A stretch of 64,000 bases of DNA from Patescibacteria group bacterium (GTDB lineage Bacteria > Patescibacteriota > Patescibacteriia > UBA2591 > UBA6264): assembly GCA_021735685.1 (NCBI GenBank), contig JAIPGN010000003.1, positions 1,269-65,268 of the forward strand, given 5' to 3'. The notes under the pieces were generated by a model that saw nothing but the letters and a program-made list of their open reading frames with translations, was not told the origin of the DNA and did not search any database. Within the stretch, counting starts at the first letter, position 1, and every line of letters starts with the position of its first letter. Shown one piece after another: positions 38,572-48,041 of the stretch. Made by a program: the position numbers and the translations under genes.

Positions 38572-39252
38572 TTAAATAACATATCGACCAGCCGGTTGAT
38601 CTCCAATCATCAAGCCTTTATCTAAAGTAAAAACTCTTTTTCTCACAAAATTAACAATTTCGCGATTATGAGTAACTAAAAGAACCGTGGTCCCAAATTC
38701 ATTAATTTTTTTTAAAAGCCGCACAATATCACGAGTAATAATTGGGTCCAAATTTCCAGTAGGCTCATCAGCAATTAATATTTTAGGGCGATGAACTAAA
38801 GCCCGAGCAATAACTGCTCTTTGTAATTCTCCGGCTGAAAGCTGACGAGGAAAATACTTTCCCTTATGTTTTAAACCTACTATCCTTAAAACTTGTTCTC
38901 CAATTTCTTTAACTCGTTTACGAGAAACTCGGGCCACGTCTAAAGCAAAAGTAATATTCTCTTGAATGGTCTTTTTTTCTAATAATTTAAAATCTTGAAA
39001 AACAACTCCAATCTGACGCCGCAAAATTGGTACTTCCCTTAATTTTATTTTAGTGATGTCCCAATCTCCTAATAATATTTTTCCCGAGCTTACCTCTTCC
39101 TCAGCTAATAAAAGTTTAATAATGGTGGTCTTCCCTGCTCCAGATTGACCAACAATAGAAACAAACTCCCCCGGACGAATATGAAAAGAAATGTTCCGTA
39201 AAGCGTAAACATCAGGGGGGTAAAATTTAGTAACATTAACAAATTTAATCAT
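38572..39252 (-). CDS. ftsE: FtsE-like ABC transporter ATP-binding protein
   Basis: GQSGAGKTT Walker A, LSAGELQR signature, ILIADEPTGNLD Walker B. 226 aa. Confidence 0.65.
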   Translation of the reverse strand: MIKFVNVTKFYPPDVYALRNISFHIRPGEFVSIVGQSGAGKTTIIKLLLAEEEVSSGKILLGDWDITKIKLREVPILRRQIGVVFQDFKLLEKKTIQENITFALDVARVSRKRVKEIGEQVLRIVGLKHKGKYFPRQLSAGELQRAVIARALVHRPKILIADEPTGNLDPIITRDIVRLLKKINEFGTTVLLVTHNREIVNFVRKRVFTLDKGLMIGDQPAGRYVI

Positions 39253-39273
39253 AAATATTTTATAAAGCCAGAA

Positions 39274-39349
39274 TGGAGCCGAAGGTGGGAGTCGAACCCA
39301 CGACCTCTGCTTTACGAAAGCATTGCTCTCCCAACTGAGCTACTTCGGC
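39274..39349 (-). tRNA. tRNA-Thr (anticodon CGU), CCA encoded
   Basis: Reverse complement: GCCGAAGTAGCTCAGTTGGGAGAGCAATGCTTTCGTAAAGCAGAGGTCGTGGGTTCGACTCCCACCTTCGGCTCCA. The acceptor pairs, the D-arm is GCTC/GAGC, and the anticodon loop is TTCGTAA. Confidence 0.75.
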
Positions 39350-39428
39350 TTAGAGAACCTAATACCCTCGCCACCAATAGAGGCAGACTTACTTACCAAC
39401 AGGTACCAATTTGAGCCACATAGGCAAA

Positions 39429-39503
39429 TGGAGCGAGTGAGCGGAGTCGAACCGCCGTCATCTCCTTGGGAAGGAGATATAATAACCGTTATACGACACT
39501 CGC
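39429..39503 (-). tRNA. tRNA-Gly (anticodon CCC), CCA encoded
   Basis: Reverse complement: GCGAGTGTCGTATAACGGTTATTATATCTCCTTCCCAAGGAGATGACGGCGGTTCGACTCCGCTCACTCGCTCCA. The anticodon stem is TCTCC/GGAGA with loop TTCCCAA. The discriminator is U. Confidence 0.75.
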
Positions 39504-39511
39504 TGAAATCA

Positions 39512-40036
39512 TCAATTAACTCTTTTAATTAACTTTTTAATTTCTCGAGAACGTCGCCAAAAAGGTAAATAATCAATAATCAAAACTCCTTTCAAATGAT
39601 CAATCTCGTGTTGCAGGACGCGAGCTAAAAAATCACGAGCCTTAATAGTTATTTTTTCGTTATTAGCTAAAGACCAACCTTTTACTTCAACCTCCACCGC
39701 TCTTTTAACTTTAACTGAAGTTCCGGGCAAACTTAAACAACCCTCAGCTCCTTTTTTCTTTTGAGCAGATTTTTTAATAATGCGGGGATTAACCAAACAA
39801 AGAAATCCTCGCGGAGAAAGACCTTGATCTTCTCCAATCAAAGAAAGATTGATTACTATCACCTGCTGATTAAAACCAACCTGCGGAGCAGCCAAACCTA
39901 CTCCGTCCTTGGATTTTGACAAAAAATCAATCATAGACCGACAAAAAAATCTAGTTTTTGAATCAAAATCTTTTATTTTTTGGCTCTCCCTTCTTAAAAC
40001 CGGATCGCCGTAGGTATGAATCCTTAATTGTTCCAT
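39512..40036 (-). CDS. def: peptide deformylase
   Basis: GVGLAAPQVG. EGCLSLPG. HEIDHLKG. Confidence 0.9.
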   Translation of the reverse strand: MEQLRIHTYGDPVLRRESQKIKDFDSKTRFFCRSMIDFLSKSKDGVGLAAPQVGFNQQVIVINLSLIGEDQGLSPRGFLCLVNPRIIKKSAQKKKGAEGCLSLPGTSVKVKRAVEVEVKGWSLANNEKITIKARDFLARVLQHEIDHLKGVLIIDYLPFWRRSREIKKLIKRVN

Positions 40037-40120
40037 AAAACAAATTTTAACATTTTTAACAATTAAAACAACCCTCTAAAACAAGAGGGTTTTTGATATA
40101 TCTAAAAATTTTATCTACTT

Positions 40121-40489
40121 TTAATTATTGATTTGCAATCTTTTCATACGTTCGGCGCGAAGTTTATTCTTAGGAAGCATATTATAAATAGCTTTTTCTA
40201 AAAGCTCAGCTGGATTTTTCTCAAAAATTTCTTTCATTTTCTTGGTCTTTAGCCCTCCTGGATACCCACTATGGCGGTAATATATTTTTTGAGTCATTTT
40301 ATTGCCGCTAACTTTGATTTTAGCGGCGTTATTAATAATCACAGAATCTCCCTGATCTTTGTTGGGGAAATAATTAGCTTTATTCTTGCCAGTCAACAAT
40401 AAAGAAACTCGACTAGCTAGCCGACCTAAAATTTTATCAGTGGCGTCAATATTATGAGTTTTTCTTGATCCAATATCCTTTTTTTGCAT
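40121..40489 (-). CDS. rplM: 50S ribosomal protein L13
   Basis: ILGRLASRVSLLLTGKNK. No rpsI follows. Confidence 0.85.
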   Translation of the reverse strand: MQKKDIGSRKTHNIDATDKILGRLASRVSLLLTGKNKANYFPNKDQGDSVIINNAAKIKVSGNKMTQKIYYRHSGYPGGLKTKKMKEIFEKNPAELLEKAIYNMLPKNKLRAERMKRLQINN

Positions 40490-40503
40490 AACTATAATTT
40501 TCT

Positions 40504-40854
40504 TTAAACTAATTCCAAAATAACTATGGGTGCACCATCTCCTCGTCGATCTCCAATTTTTACTATTCTCAAATATCCACCATTTCTTTCTTGGTAACGA
40601 GGACCCAATTCTTGCAAAATTTTATCAGTTGCTTTTTTATTCTGTAAATAAGAATTAATCTTTCGCAAATTATCTAAATTATTAACCTTACCCCGAGAAA
40701 TTAAACGCTCTATAATTGGCTTAACTGCCTTTGCTTTGGCTTCCGTAGTCTTAATTTTATCATTCAAAACAAGAGCGCAAGCTAAATCCTTAAAAAGAGC
40801 TTTGCGAGGTCCAATTTTTCTAGAAAGAATTTTTCCTTTTTTTCTGTGTCGCAT
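40504..40854 (-). CDS. rplQ: 50S ribosomal protein L17
   Basis: MRHRKKGKILSRKIGPRKALFKDL. Confidence 0.9.
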   Translation of the reverse strand: MRHRKKGKILSRKIGPRKALFKDLACALVLNDKIKTTEAKAKAVKPIIERLISRGKVNNLDNLRKINSYLQNKKATDKILQELGPRYQERNGGYLRIVKIGDRRGDGAPIVILELV

Positions 40855-40860
40855 AAAAAT

Positions 40861-41802
40861 TTATTTTTTGGCCTTGGCCTTACTTTTGGCTTTTTTCTTT
40901 TTTTTAGGAGTCGCCTTTTTCTTCTGATTATCTTTTGATTTTTTAGCCTTAGTTGCTGTTTTTTTCTTGGCCTTAGCCTTAGTTTTAGTTGCTGTTTTTT
41001 TCTTCTTACTTCCCTCTTTCCCTTTTTTGATCACTTCTTTTTTTGCCTTACTTTTCTTTTCACTCCCCACAGAAGAAGGCAAAACCCCTTCTGTTAAAGC
41101 GCTCAAAGAAGCAAATTGTTCATCTAAAAGACGCATTGCTTTTAGTCCTGCCTCTAAAGGAGTAAGAGTTCCATCGGTTTCAATGCCTAGAATTAAACGA
41201 TCATAATCAGTTCTTCCTCCAACTCTCATATTTTCTACCTTGACCGAAACCTGTAAAACTGGAGTAAAAACAGAATCCACCACAATTGTTCCCACGTCTA
41301 AACCTTCTCTCTTTTTTTCTTCAGAAGGAATCCAACCATAACCTTGATCTACCCAAATATCCATATCCAATTCTGCTTTTTTGTCAGTTAATTCAGCAAT
41401 TAACAGGTCGGGATTAACAATTTCAACGTCAGCCGATTTCTCAATATCAGCCGCATAAACCTTTTTCTCTCCCTTGGCTTTTAATTTTAATTTCAAAGGT
41501 TCTTCGCTTTCCTTTAGAATTTTTAGACGTAATTCTTTTAAATTAAGAATAATCCCTAAAGCGTCCTGATAAACATGAGGAATGGTTGAAAATTCATATT
41601 TAACTCCCTTGATCTTTACCGAAACCACGGCTGCTCCGCCTAAAGAAGTTAGCAAAACTCGTCGCAAGGCATTCCCCCAAGTTAAACCATAACCAGGATA
41701 ACATGGCTCTACAAAAATAAATCCTTTATTTTTGCTTTCTTGATCTTCCTGGAATTTAACTTCTTGAGGCAAAAAAATATTTTTCATATTATTGGTCATC
41801 AA
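40861..41802 (-). CDS. rpoA: DNA-directed RNA polymerase alpha subunit with a lysine/alanine-rich C-terminal tail in place of the alpha-CTD
   Basis: Typical N-terminal domain (GYGLTWGNALRRVLLTSLGGAAV). From about aa 230 to the end the sequence is SEKKSKAKKEVIKKGKEGSKKKKTATKTKAKAKKKTATKAKK...KSKAKAKK. Confidence 0.85.
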   Translation of the reverse strand: MMTNNMKNIFLPQEVKFQEDQESKNKGFIFVEPCYPGYGLTWGNALRRVLLTSLGGAAVVSVKIKGVKYEFSTIPHVYQDALGIILNLKELRLKILKESEEPLKLKLKAKGEKKVYAADIEKSADVEIVNPDLLIAELTDKKAELDMDIWVDQGYGWIPSEEKKREGLDVGTIVVDSVFTPVLQVSVKVENMRVGGRTDYDRLILGIETDGTLTPLEAGLKAMRLLDEQFASLSALTEGVLPSSVGSEKKSKAKKEVIKKGKEGSKKKKTATKTKAKAKKKTATKAKKSKDNQKKKATPKKKKKAKSKAKAKK

Positions 41803-41819
41803 AATTTCTAAATTATTTT

Positions 41820-42452
41820 CTAACGACTATAAAAAGCAATAATCAATTTATTATCAAATTCTTGGGGCAAATCTTTTTCTTCCGGTTCTTTCAAAATCTT
41901 AATCTCTAAATTTTTTAAATCTACATCAAGCCAAGCGGGAAGGGTTTCTTTGCCCTTGTCTTTTAAAAAAGCCAAATTATCTTTAACCATTTTTTGTATT
42001 TTCTTCTTAGATTTAACTTTAATCGTATCACCTACTTTTACCTGATAAGAAGGAATGTTCAAAGGCTTGTTATTTAAAAGAATATTATTGTGACTAATTA
42101 ATTGACGAGTAGCTCGACGTGAGGGAGCAAGTCCTGCTCGAAAGACCACATTATCGATCCTTAATTCTAATAATTTCAAAAAGGTAATCTCCGTGTTACC
42201 TGATTTATTTTTAGCTTCTTGAAAATAATTGTGACATTGTTTTTCAGAAATACCGTAAGTTCTCTTTAAGCTTTGCTTGGCCCTTAGCTGTAAAGCATAC
42301 TCAGAAAGACGAGGGTACCCTTTCGGTCCATTAGCTCCAGGCGGATATTTCCTTTTGACTAAAGCACAACGAGAAGAATTGCAACGATCTCCTTTAAGAA
42401 AAAGTTTTTTGCCTTCTCGGCGGCACATTTTACATCTTGGAAGTGCTTTCAT
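41820..42452 (-). CDS. rpsD: 30S ribosomal protein S4
   Basis: N-terminal Zn ribbon (CKMCRREGKKLFLKGDRC) and S4 domain. Confidence 0.9.
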   Translation of the reverse strand: MKALPRCKMCRREGKKLFLKGDRCNSSRCALVKRKYPPGANGPKGYPRLSEYALQLRAKQSLKRTYGISEKQCHNYFQEAKNKSGNTEITFLKLLELRIDNVVFRAGLAPSRRATRQLISHNNILLNNKPLNIPSYQVKVGDTIKVKSKKKIQKMVKDNLAFLKDKGKETLPAWLDVDLKNLEIKILKEPEEKDLPQEFDNKLIIAFYSR

Positions 42453-42480
42453 TGTTAAAAAAAATTAATAAAATAATAAA

Positions 42481-42867
42481 TTAAACTCTCCGTACACCCC
42501 GCGGGCGACAACCATTGTGAGGCAAAGGGGTAACATCTTTAATCGATAAAATATTTAAACCATTGGTGTACAAGGATCGTACTGCTGATTCTCGTCCCAT
42601 GCCCACTCCTTTAACAAAAACCTGAACATCTTTAAGGCCGTAATCTTGAACATCTTCCACCACTTTTTTGACAATGACACTAGCTGCATAAGGAGTGGCC
42701 TTTTTTGGCCCCTTAAAACCAAAACGACCAGCACTAGCCCAAGCCAAAACATTACCGGTTAAATCAGTCAAGCTAACGATGGTATTGTTGTAAGTAGCCT
42801 TAATGTAAGCTCTACCGCGAGGCACTGGTTTAATATTTTTTTTCTTTTTTTGTTTTTTAATTGCCAT
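42481..42867 (-). CDS. rpsK: 30S ribosomal protein S11
   Basis: AYIKATYNNTIVSLTDLTGNVLAWASAG. Confidence 0.9.
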   Translation of the reverse strand: MAIKKQKKKKNIKPVPRGRAYIKATYNNTIVSLTDLTGNVLAWASAGRFGFKGPKKATPYAASVIVKKVVEDVQDYGLKDVQVFVKGVGMGRESAVRSLYTNGLNILSIKDVTPLPHNGCRPRGVRRV

Positions 42868-42875
42868 AAAATAAT

Positions 42876-43268
42876 TTAAGTTTTCTTGGCGGCTGGACGA
42901 CGACCGCTACCCATTGTTTTTCGAGCATTACCGCGAACAGTGCGACTATTGGTTCTAGTTCTTTGTCCTCGTACCGGTAATTTTTTCTCGTGACGAGTAC
43001 CTTTATAGCACTTAATCTCTTTTAATCTTTTAATATTAGCGGTAATAAATCTTTTTAAATCTCCGCCCGTCTTATATTTATCTTCAATAATTTTCTTCAA
43101 AAGATCAACTTCTTGGGCAGTTAAATCATCAATTAGTTTATCTTTGTCAATTTTTGCTTCAGCTAAAATTTTATTTGACAAACTTCTTCCAATTCCAAAA
43201 ATATAGGTCAAGCCTATCTCTGCTCTTTTCTTACCCGGCAAATTAACTCCTACAATTCTAGCGGCCAT
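42876..43268 (-). CDS. rpsM: 30S ribosomal protein S13
   Basis: MAARIVGVNLPGKK. Confidence 0.9.
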   Translation of the reverse strand: MAARIVGVNLPGKKRAEIGLTYIFGIGRSLSNKILAEAKIDKDKLIDDLTAQEVDLLKKIIEDKYKTGGDLKRFITANIKRLKEIKCYKGTRHEKKLPVRGQRTRTNSRTVRGNARKTMGSGRRPAAKKT

Positions 43269-43318
43269 AAAAAATAAATATTAATTAATTATAAATAGAA
43301 AAGTCTCCATAAATAAAA

Positions 43319-43432
43319 TTACCCTTGCCTCTGTTTATGTTTGGGATTTTTGCAAATTACATAAATTCTTTTTCCGCGTCGAACTATTTTACAATCTCGA
43401 CACATTTTTTTTACAGAAGACCTTACTTTCAT
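43319..43432 (-). CDS. rpmJ: 50S ribosomal protein L36
   Basis: Not in the ORF track. Reverse-complement translation: [37 protein letters not shown]. Confidence 0.8.
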   Translation of the reverse strand: MKVRSSVKKMCRDCKIVRRGKRIYVICKNPKHKQRQG

Positions 43433-43515
43433 TTTTAAATTTATAAAAAATAATAAAAAATAAAAAAATATGCAAAAAGTCTACATTAAAAAAATCCTTA
43501 TAAAAGGATTGTTAC

Positions 43516-43749
43516 CTATTTTAAACGGTAGACTATTCTTCCTTTGGTTAAATCATAAGGACTAACTTCCAGTTTAACCCTGTCTCCCTGAGAAATTCTA
43601 ATACGATGTATTCTCATTTTTCCAGAAAGATGAGCTAAAACACTTTTCCCATTATCAAGAGTAACTCGAAAAGTTGCTGAGGGAAGAAGCTCTTCCACTG
43701 TTCCCTCTACGGTTAAAAAGTCCTTGGATATTTTTTGTCTATCAGGCAT
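43516..43749 (-). CDS. infA: translation initiation factor IF-1
   Basis: [33 protein letters not shown]... Confidence 0.9.
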   Translation of the reverse strand: MPDRQKISKDFLTVEGTVEELLPSATFRVTLDNGKSVLAHLSGKMRIHRIRISQGDRVKLEVSPYDLTKGRIVYRLK

Positions 43750-43845
43750 ATAAAAAATTGTAGATATAAATTATTTTACAAGCTCCTATTTTATTGTCAA
43801 CCCCTAAATAAATAAAATTTAAAATGAACCTTTACTTCTTTCAAA

Positions 43846-44568
43846 TCATTGCTCTTCATCACGGTTTAACTCCTTTGATCTTAATCTTTCGTAATCCTCA
43901 ATTTTTATTTTTATTCGTGAATAAAATAAAGGTAAACGAGAATAAAAACTAGGCCAATTTTCAATCTTTGCTTTATTAATTCCTTTCACTTCTTCTAGCA
44001 AAAGACGAGCTTCTCTTAAAGACTGACCAACTATTTTTTTTCTAAGAAGTGACCAATCATAATTAGTTACCACCTCCCCTTTTAGAGTCACTCTTAATTT
44101 AGCCCTTTCAATATTTAAATCTTGAGTCAATATATCAAAATTTTCCTCAGTTAATACTGGCCAAAAAACTTCTTTAGTAATTTCATCCGCTTGACCCTCT
44201 TCTTGAGAGATAAACTCATCTAAAATTAATTTAGCCTTAAAGTCAACCACTTTCTTCACATCTTCTCTGCGAAAAGCAAGCACTTTCCCTTCTTCTAAAT
44301 TCCTTAAATCGTCAATCAAGAAATAAGAAGAGGTTTTATCTGACAAATCTTGCGAATCAAGATAATAAGACGGAATTATGCTTAGTTCTGGCAAAACTTT
44401 GCCAAAATCAGACCGAATATTGAGATCAAAATCTAAAGACAATGGTTCTTGTTCAACTGCCAAACTTATCTCTGCCCAAGGTAACCAGGCCAAAAAAAAC
44501 ATTAATACTAAAAATGATAAAAATGATAAAAAAATTTTAAAAGTTGGAAAACTATAAGACATATTCAA
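43846..44568 (-). CDS. hypothetical membrane-anchored or secreted protein
   Basis: N-terminal TM. Overlaps murB by 17 nt. Confidence 0.3.
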   Translation of the reverse strand: MNMSYSFPTFKIFLSFLSFLVLMFFLAWLPWAEISLAVEQEPLSLDFDLNIRSDFGKVLPELSIIPSYYLDSQDLSDKTSSYFLIDDLRNLEEGKVLAFRREDVKKVVDFKAKLILDEFISQEEGQADEITKEVFWPVLTEENFDILTQDLNIERAKLRVTLKGEVVTNYDWSLLRKKIVGQSLREARLLLEEVKGINKAKIENWPSFYSRLPLFYSRIKIKIEDYERLRSKELNRDEEQ

Positions 44569-45541
44569 TTTCTAGATCTAAATTAAGACCAAATTTTTTT
44601 AATACTTTTTCTTGAGCTAACTTAATCAAAAAATAAATATCTTTAGCTGTAGCTTGACGAAAATTAATAATAAAATTAGCATGTTTTTTGCTAATCTTGG
44701 CCCCACCCCTTTCATAACCCTTTAACCCACATTGATCAATTAGCCAACCAGCCGGAATAACTCCTTTCTCTCGAAAGCTCAACGGAACCAAAGGATGAAA
44801 AGAAAAATCTTGACGACTATTTTCTCTTGTCACATTTTTAAAAACACAACCAGCTGAAAAACCACTGGGAATATTTTTTTGCCGTGTTGTCAAAATTTGC
44901 TTTTGCCTGATTAAAATCTCATTCGAAGATGTTTTATTTAACTTCAATTCAACTTCTAAAATAATATTATTTCTAGGATTATTTTTAAACCAGCTATTCC
45001 GGTAAGAAAAATCCAAATAGTCTGCCCCCCTTTCCTCTTCCAGTCCATCTTGATCACAAAACAAAACCCCAGTAACCAAATCTCCTATACTAACTCCTTG
45101 ACGTGGCCAACCAGCATTACCATAAACCGCTCCCCCTACCGTGCCAGGAATACCAATAAAGTAATCTAATCCTGCCCAACCTTGCTGGGCGCAAAATGAT
45201 ATTAATTCCGCCAAAGGCAGGCCCGCGGAAACTTTCAAAAAAACAACATTATCGTCTTCTTTGCTAATTTTTATTTCGTGAAAGCTTAACTTAAGAATTA
45301 AACCGTCAAATCCTCGATCAGAAAAAAGAACATTACTTCCTCCCCCTAAAACAAAATAAGAAAGGTTTTGTTTTCCAGCCCAAGCTAAAACCTCTTTCAA
45401 CTCTGCTTGACTTTGGACTTTACAAAAATAACGAGCCTTTCCTCGGCCAGCTCGAAAACTAAGCAATGGTGCTATTTTAATATTTTTTTGAATAACTGCT
45501 TTCATATCTTTGTCTCTTATCCTATCAATTTCCTTAATCAT
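44552..45541 (-). CDS. murB: UDP-N-acetylenolpyruvoylglucosamine reductase
   Basis: FAD-binding domain (YFVLGGGSNVLF) with a MurB C-terminus. Confidence 0.8.
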   Translation of the reverse strand: MIKEIDRIRDKDMKAVIQKNIKIAPLLSFRAGRGKARYFCKVQSQAELKEVLAWAGKQNLSYFVLGGGSNVLFSDRGFDGLILKLSFHEIKISKEDDNVVFLKVSAGLPLAELISFCAQQGWAGLDYFIGIPGTVGGAVYGNAGWPRQGVSIGDLVTGVLFCDQDGLEEERGADYLDFSYRNSWFKNNPRNNIILEVELKLNKTSSNEILIRQKQILTTRQKNIPSGFSAGCVFKNVTRENSRQDFSFHPLVPLSFREKGVIPAGWLIDQCGLKGYERGGAKISKKHANFIINFRQATAKDIYFLIKLAQEKVLKKFGLNLDLEIEYVL

Positions 45542-45626
45542 TTACAAGGACAAGGCCTCTTTGGTTGCTCTCCTCTTAAATCTTTGATATAATGTGGTTA
45601 AATAAAATAAATTTTTAAATAAAAAA

Positions 45627-46556
45627 ATGAAAAATTCCAACATCAAAACCATTAAAAGTAAAAATTTAACCTGGGTAGATGTCTCTGCTTGTCGCCCTTT
45701 GGAAATGAAAAAAATAGAAAAGGAATTCAATGTTCACTCTCTGCACATTGAAGACTGCCTCTCCCCCATTCAAAGCCCCAAAGTGAGCGTTACTTCTCAA
45801 TACTTATTCATGGTTCTTCTTTTCCCCGTCTACGACCGCAAAACCAGAAAAATAAAATCTTCTGAAGTTGATTTTTTTATTAATTCCAACACTTTAATTA
45901 CTATCCATCGTGGTGAACTTTCTCCTTTAATGAATTTATTTAATCTCTGTCAAGGTAATAAAGAACAAAAAGATAAATATTTTGTTGGTTCTCCAGCTCT
46001 TTTGATTTATGAAATTTTAAAGCGCCTCTTTGAATCATGTTCTCCGATTCTAGGACACATTAACCTTAATATCAATAGTATTGAAGAAAATATTTTTAAG
46101 GGTTACGAGAAAAAAATGGTTCGAGAAATATTAGTCGCCAAAACCAATATTGTTAATTTCCGCCGTATCACCCAAACTCATCGTTTAGTAGTAAGTAAAC
46201 TCTTGGAAAAAAGCTCTCTTTTCTTTTCTCCTGGTCAATTAAAAATTTATTTTCAAGAGGTCATTGAAACCGCAACTGACATTTGGTCCTCCCTAGAAAA
46301 CCTTAAACAAACCATTGACGCCATTGAGCAAACCAACAATTCTCTTATATCCTTTCAATTAAACGATATTATTAAAATACTAACTATTATTTCCATTATT
46401 GTTTTGCCCATCACCATAGTTGCGAGTATCTTTGGCATGAATCTTAAATTTATGCCCTTGATGAACGACCCCTTCAGTTTTTGGGCTCTTTTAGGAGTGA
46501 TGATTATCTTAACTATTTTCCTGATTGGATATTTTAGAAAAAAACAATGGTTTTAA
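45627..46556 (+). CDS. corA: magnesium/cobalt transporter CorA
   Basis: C-terminal 2 TM with the FGMN motif. Confidence 0.85.
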   Translation: MKNSNIKTIKSKNLTWVDVSACRPLEMKKIEKEFNVHSLHIEDCLSPIQSPKVSVTSQYLFMVLLFPVYDRKTRKIKSSEVDFFINSNTLITIHRGELSPLMNLFNLCQGNKEQKDKYFVGSPALLIYEILKRLFESCSPILGHINLNINSIEENIFKGYEKKMVREILVAKTNIVNFRRITQTHRLVVSKLLEKSSLFFSPGQLKIYFQEVIETATDIWSSLENLKQTIDAIEQTNNSLISFQLNDIIKILTIISIIVLPITIVASIFGMNLKFMPLMNDPFSFWALLGVMIILTIFLIGYFRKKQWF

Positions 46557-47982
46557 AAAATTAAAAATTCTCCGTATGTTGCAGATATATAACACTCTTG
46601 GACGACAAAAAGAAAAATTCATTCCTTTACAAAAAGACAAAGTCGGTCTTTATAGTTGTGGCCCGACTGTTTATAATTATGCTCATCTAGGAAATTTGCG
46701 CGCTTATGTCTTTGCCGATATTTTGAAAAGAACTTTACAATACAATCAATATGAAGTCAAACATATTATCAATATCACTGATATTGGTCACTTAACCTCT
46801 GATGCTGACGCTGGTGAAGATAAAATGATCAAAGCCTTGCAAAGAGAAGGGAAAAAATTGACTCCAGAAGCTATGCAAGAAATAGCCAATTTTTATAGCC
46901 AATCTTTTTTTCAAAATAGAGACGATTTAAATATTCTTCCCGCAGATAAATATCCTTTAGCTAGTCAGCATCTACCGGCAATGATTAAAATGATTCAGGC
47001 TATAGAAAAAAATGGTTATAGCTATGAAACTAAATCCGCTCTTTATTTTGATACGCAAAAATTTAAAAATTACGGACAATTAGCTTCAAAAAAATCAAAA
47101 AATTCAGAAAAAAACGAAGCTAGAATAGAAATTAATCCCGAAAAAAAGAATTCCTCTGATTTCATCCTCTGGTTTAAAGCTAAAGGAGAAAAAAGAAAGC
47201 ACCTTTTGCAATGGAATTCCCCTTGGGGCGAAGGTTGGCCTGGTTGGCACATTGAGTGCGCGGCTATGTCCACTCAATATTTGGGGCAACCCTTTGATTT
47301 ACACACTGGAGGCATTGATCACATCCCCGTGCATCACACCAATGAAATTGCTCAAGCTGAAGCCGCCTACCAAAAACCTCTAGCTCAATATTGGCTTCAC
47401 AATGAATTTCTGGTTTTAGATCAAGGGAAAATGTCTAAAAGTAAAGGAGGATTTATTACCTTAGAGACCCTAATTGAAAAAAAAATTCACCCTCTATCTT
47501 ATCGCTATCTTTGCCTTAACACTCATTATCGGTCTCCTCTTTCTTTTAGTTGGGAAAGCATGGAGTCAGCTCAAAATGCCCTCTTCAAGCTTTACCAATT
47601 AACCGCTTCCCTGCCAAAACCTTCTTCAAAGAAAATAATAATAAAAATTGAAAATGATTTTCAAAAAGCAATCAATAACGACCTCAACACTCCTCAAGCC
47701 TTAGCCTTAACTTGGTCCTTACTTAAAAATAAACAATTTTCTCCTCAGCAAAAAATTGACACTTTAATTAAAATGGATCAAGTTTTAGGACTCAATATAG
47801 AAAAAAATAGAAAAAACATTTCAAAAGTCCCTTTAATTGTGGAAAATTTAAGCAAAAAAAGAGAAAATCTCCGAAAAGAAAAAAAATGGGAAGAAGCTGA
47901 TCAAATTCGCCAACAAATAGAAAAAGCTGGCTTTATTGTCGAAGATTCTCCCCAGGGACCTCTTTTGAAAAAGAAAAATTAA
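46525..47982 (+). CDS. cysS: cysteine--tRNA ligase
   Basis: LYSCGPTVYNYAHLGNLR (HIGH-like motif). KMSKS. Confidence 0.9.
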   Translation: MDILEKNNGFKKLKILRMLQIYNTLGRQKEKFIPLQKDKVGLYSCGPTVYNYAHLGNLRAYVFADILKRTLQYNQYEVKHIINITDIGHLTSDADAGEDKMIKALQREGKKLTPEAMQEIANFYSQSFFQNRDDLNILPADKYPLASQHLPAMIKMIQAIEKNGYSYETKSALYFDTQKFKNYGQLASKKSKNSEKNEARIEINPEKKNSSDFILWFKAKGEKRKHLLQWNSPWGEGWPGWHIECAAMSTQYLGQPFDLHTGGIDHIPVHHTNEIAQAEAAYQKPLAQYWLHNEFLVLDQGKMSKSKGGFITLETLIEKKIHPLSYRYLCLNTHYRSPLSFSWESMESAQNALFKLYQLTASLPKPSSKKIIIKIENDFQKAINNDLNTPQALALTWSLLKNKQFSPQQKIDTLIKMDQVLGLNIEKNRKNISKVPLIVENLSKKRENLRKEKKWEEADQIRQQIEKAGFIVEDSPQGPLLKKKN

Positions 47983-47989
47983 GCAAAAT

Positions 47990-48030
47990 AAAAAGTTTGA
48001 AGGTTAGGTCCTCAAACTTTTTTTATTTTA
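47990..48030. terminator. bidirectional hairpin terminator between convergent cysS and rplA
   Basis: AAAAAGTTTGAAGGttaggtCCTCAAACTTTTTTT. Confidence 0.4.
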
Positions 48031-48041
48031 AAAAAATTAAA

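Noticed and set aside
39323-39532. 69-aa plus-strand ORF
   Set aside because: Antisense to tRNA-Thr and tRNA-Gly. Spurious.
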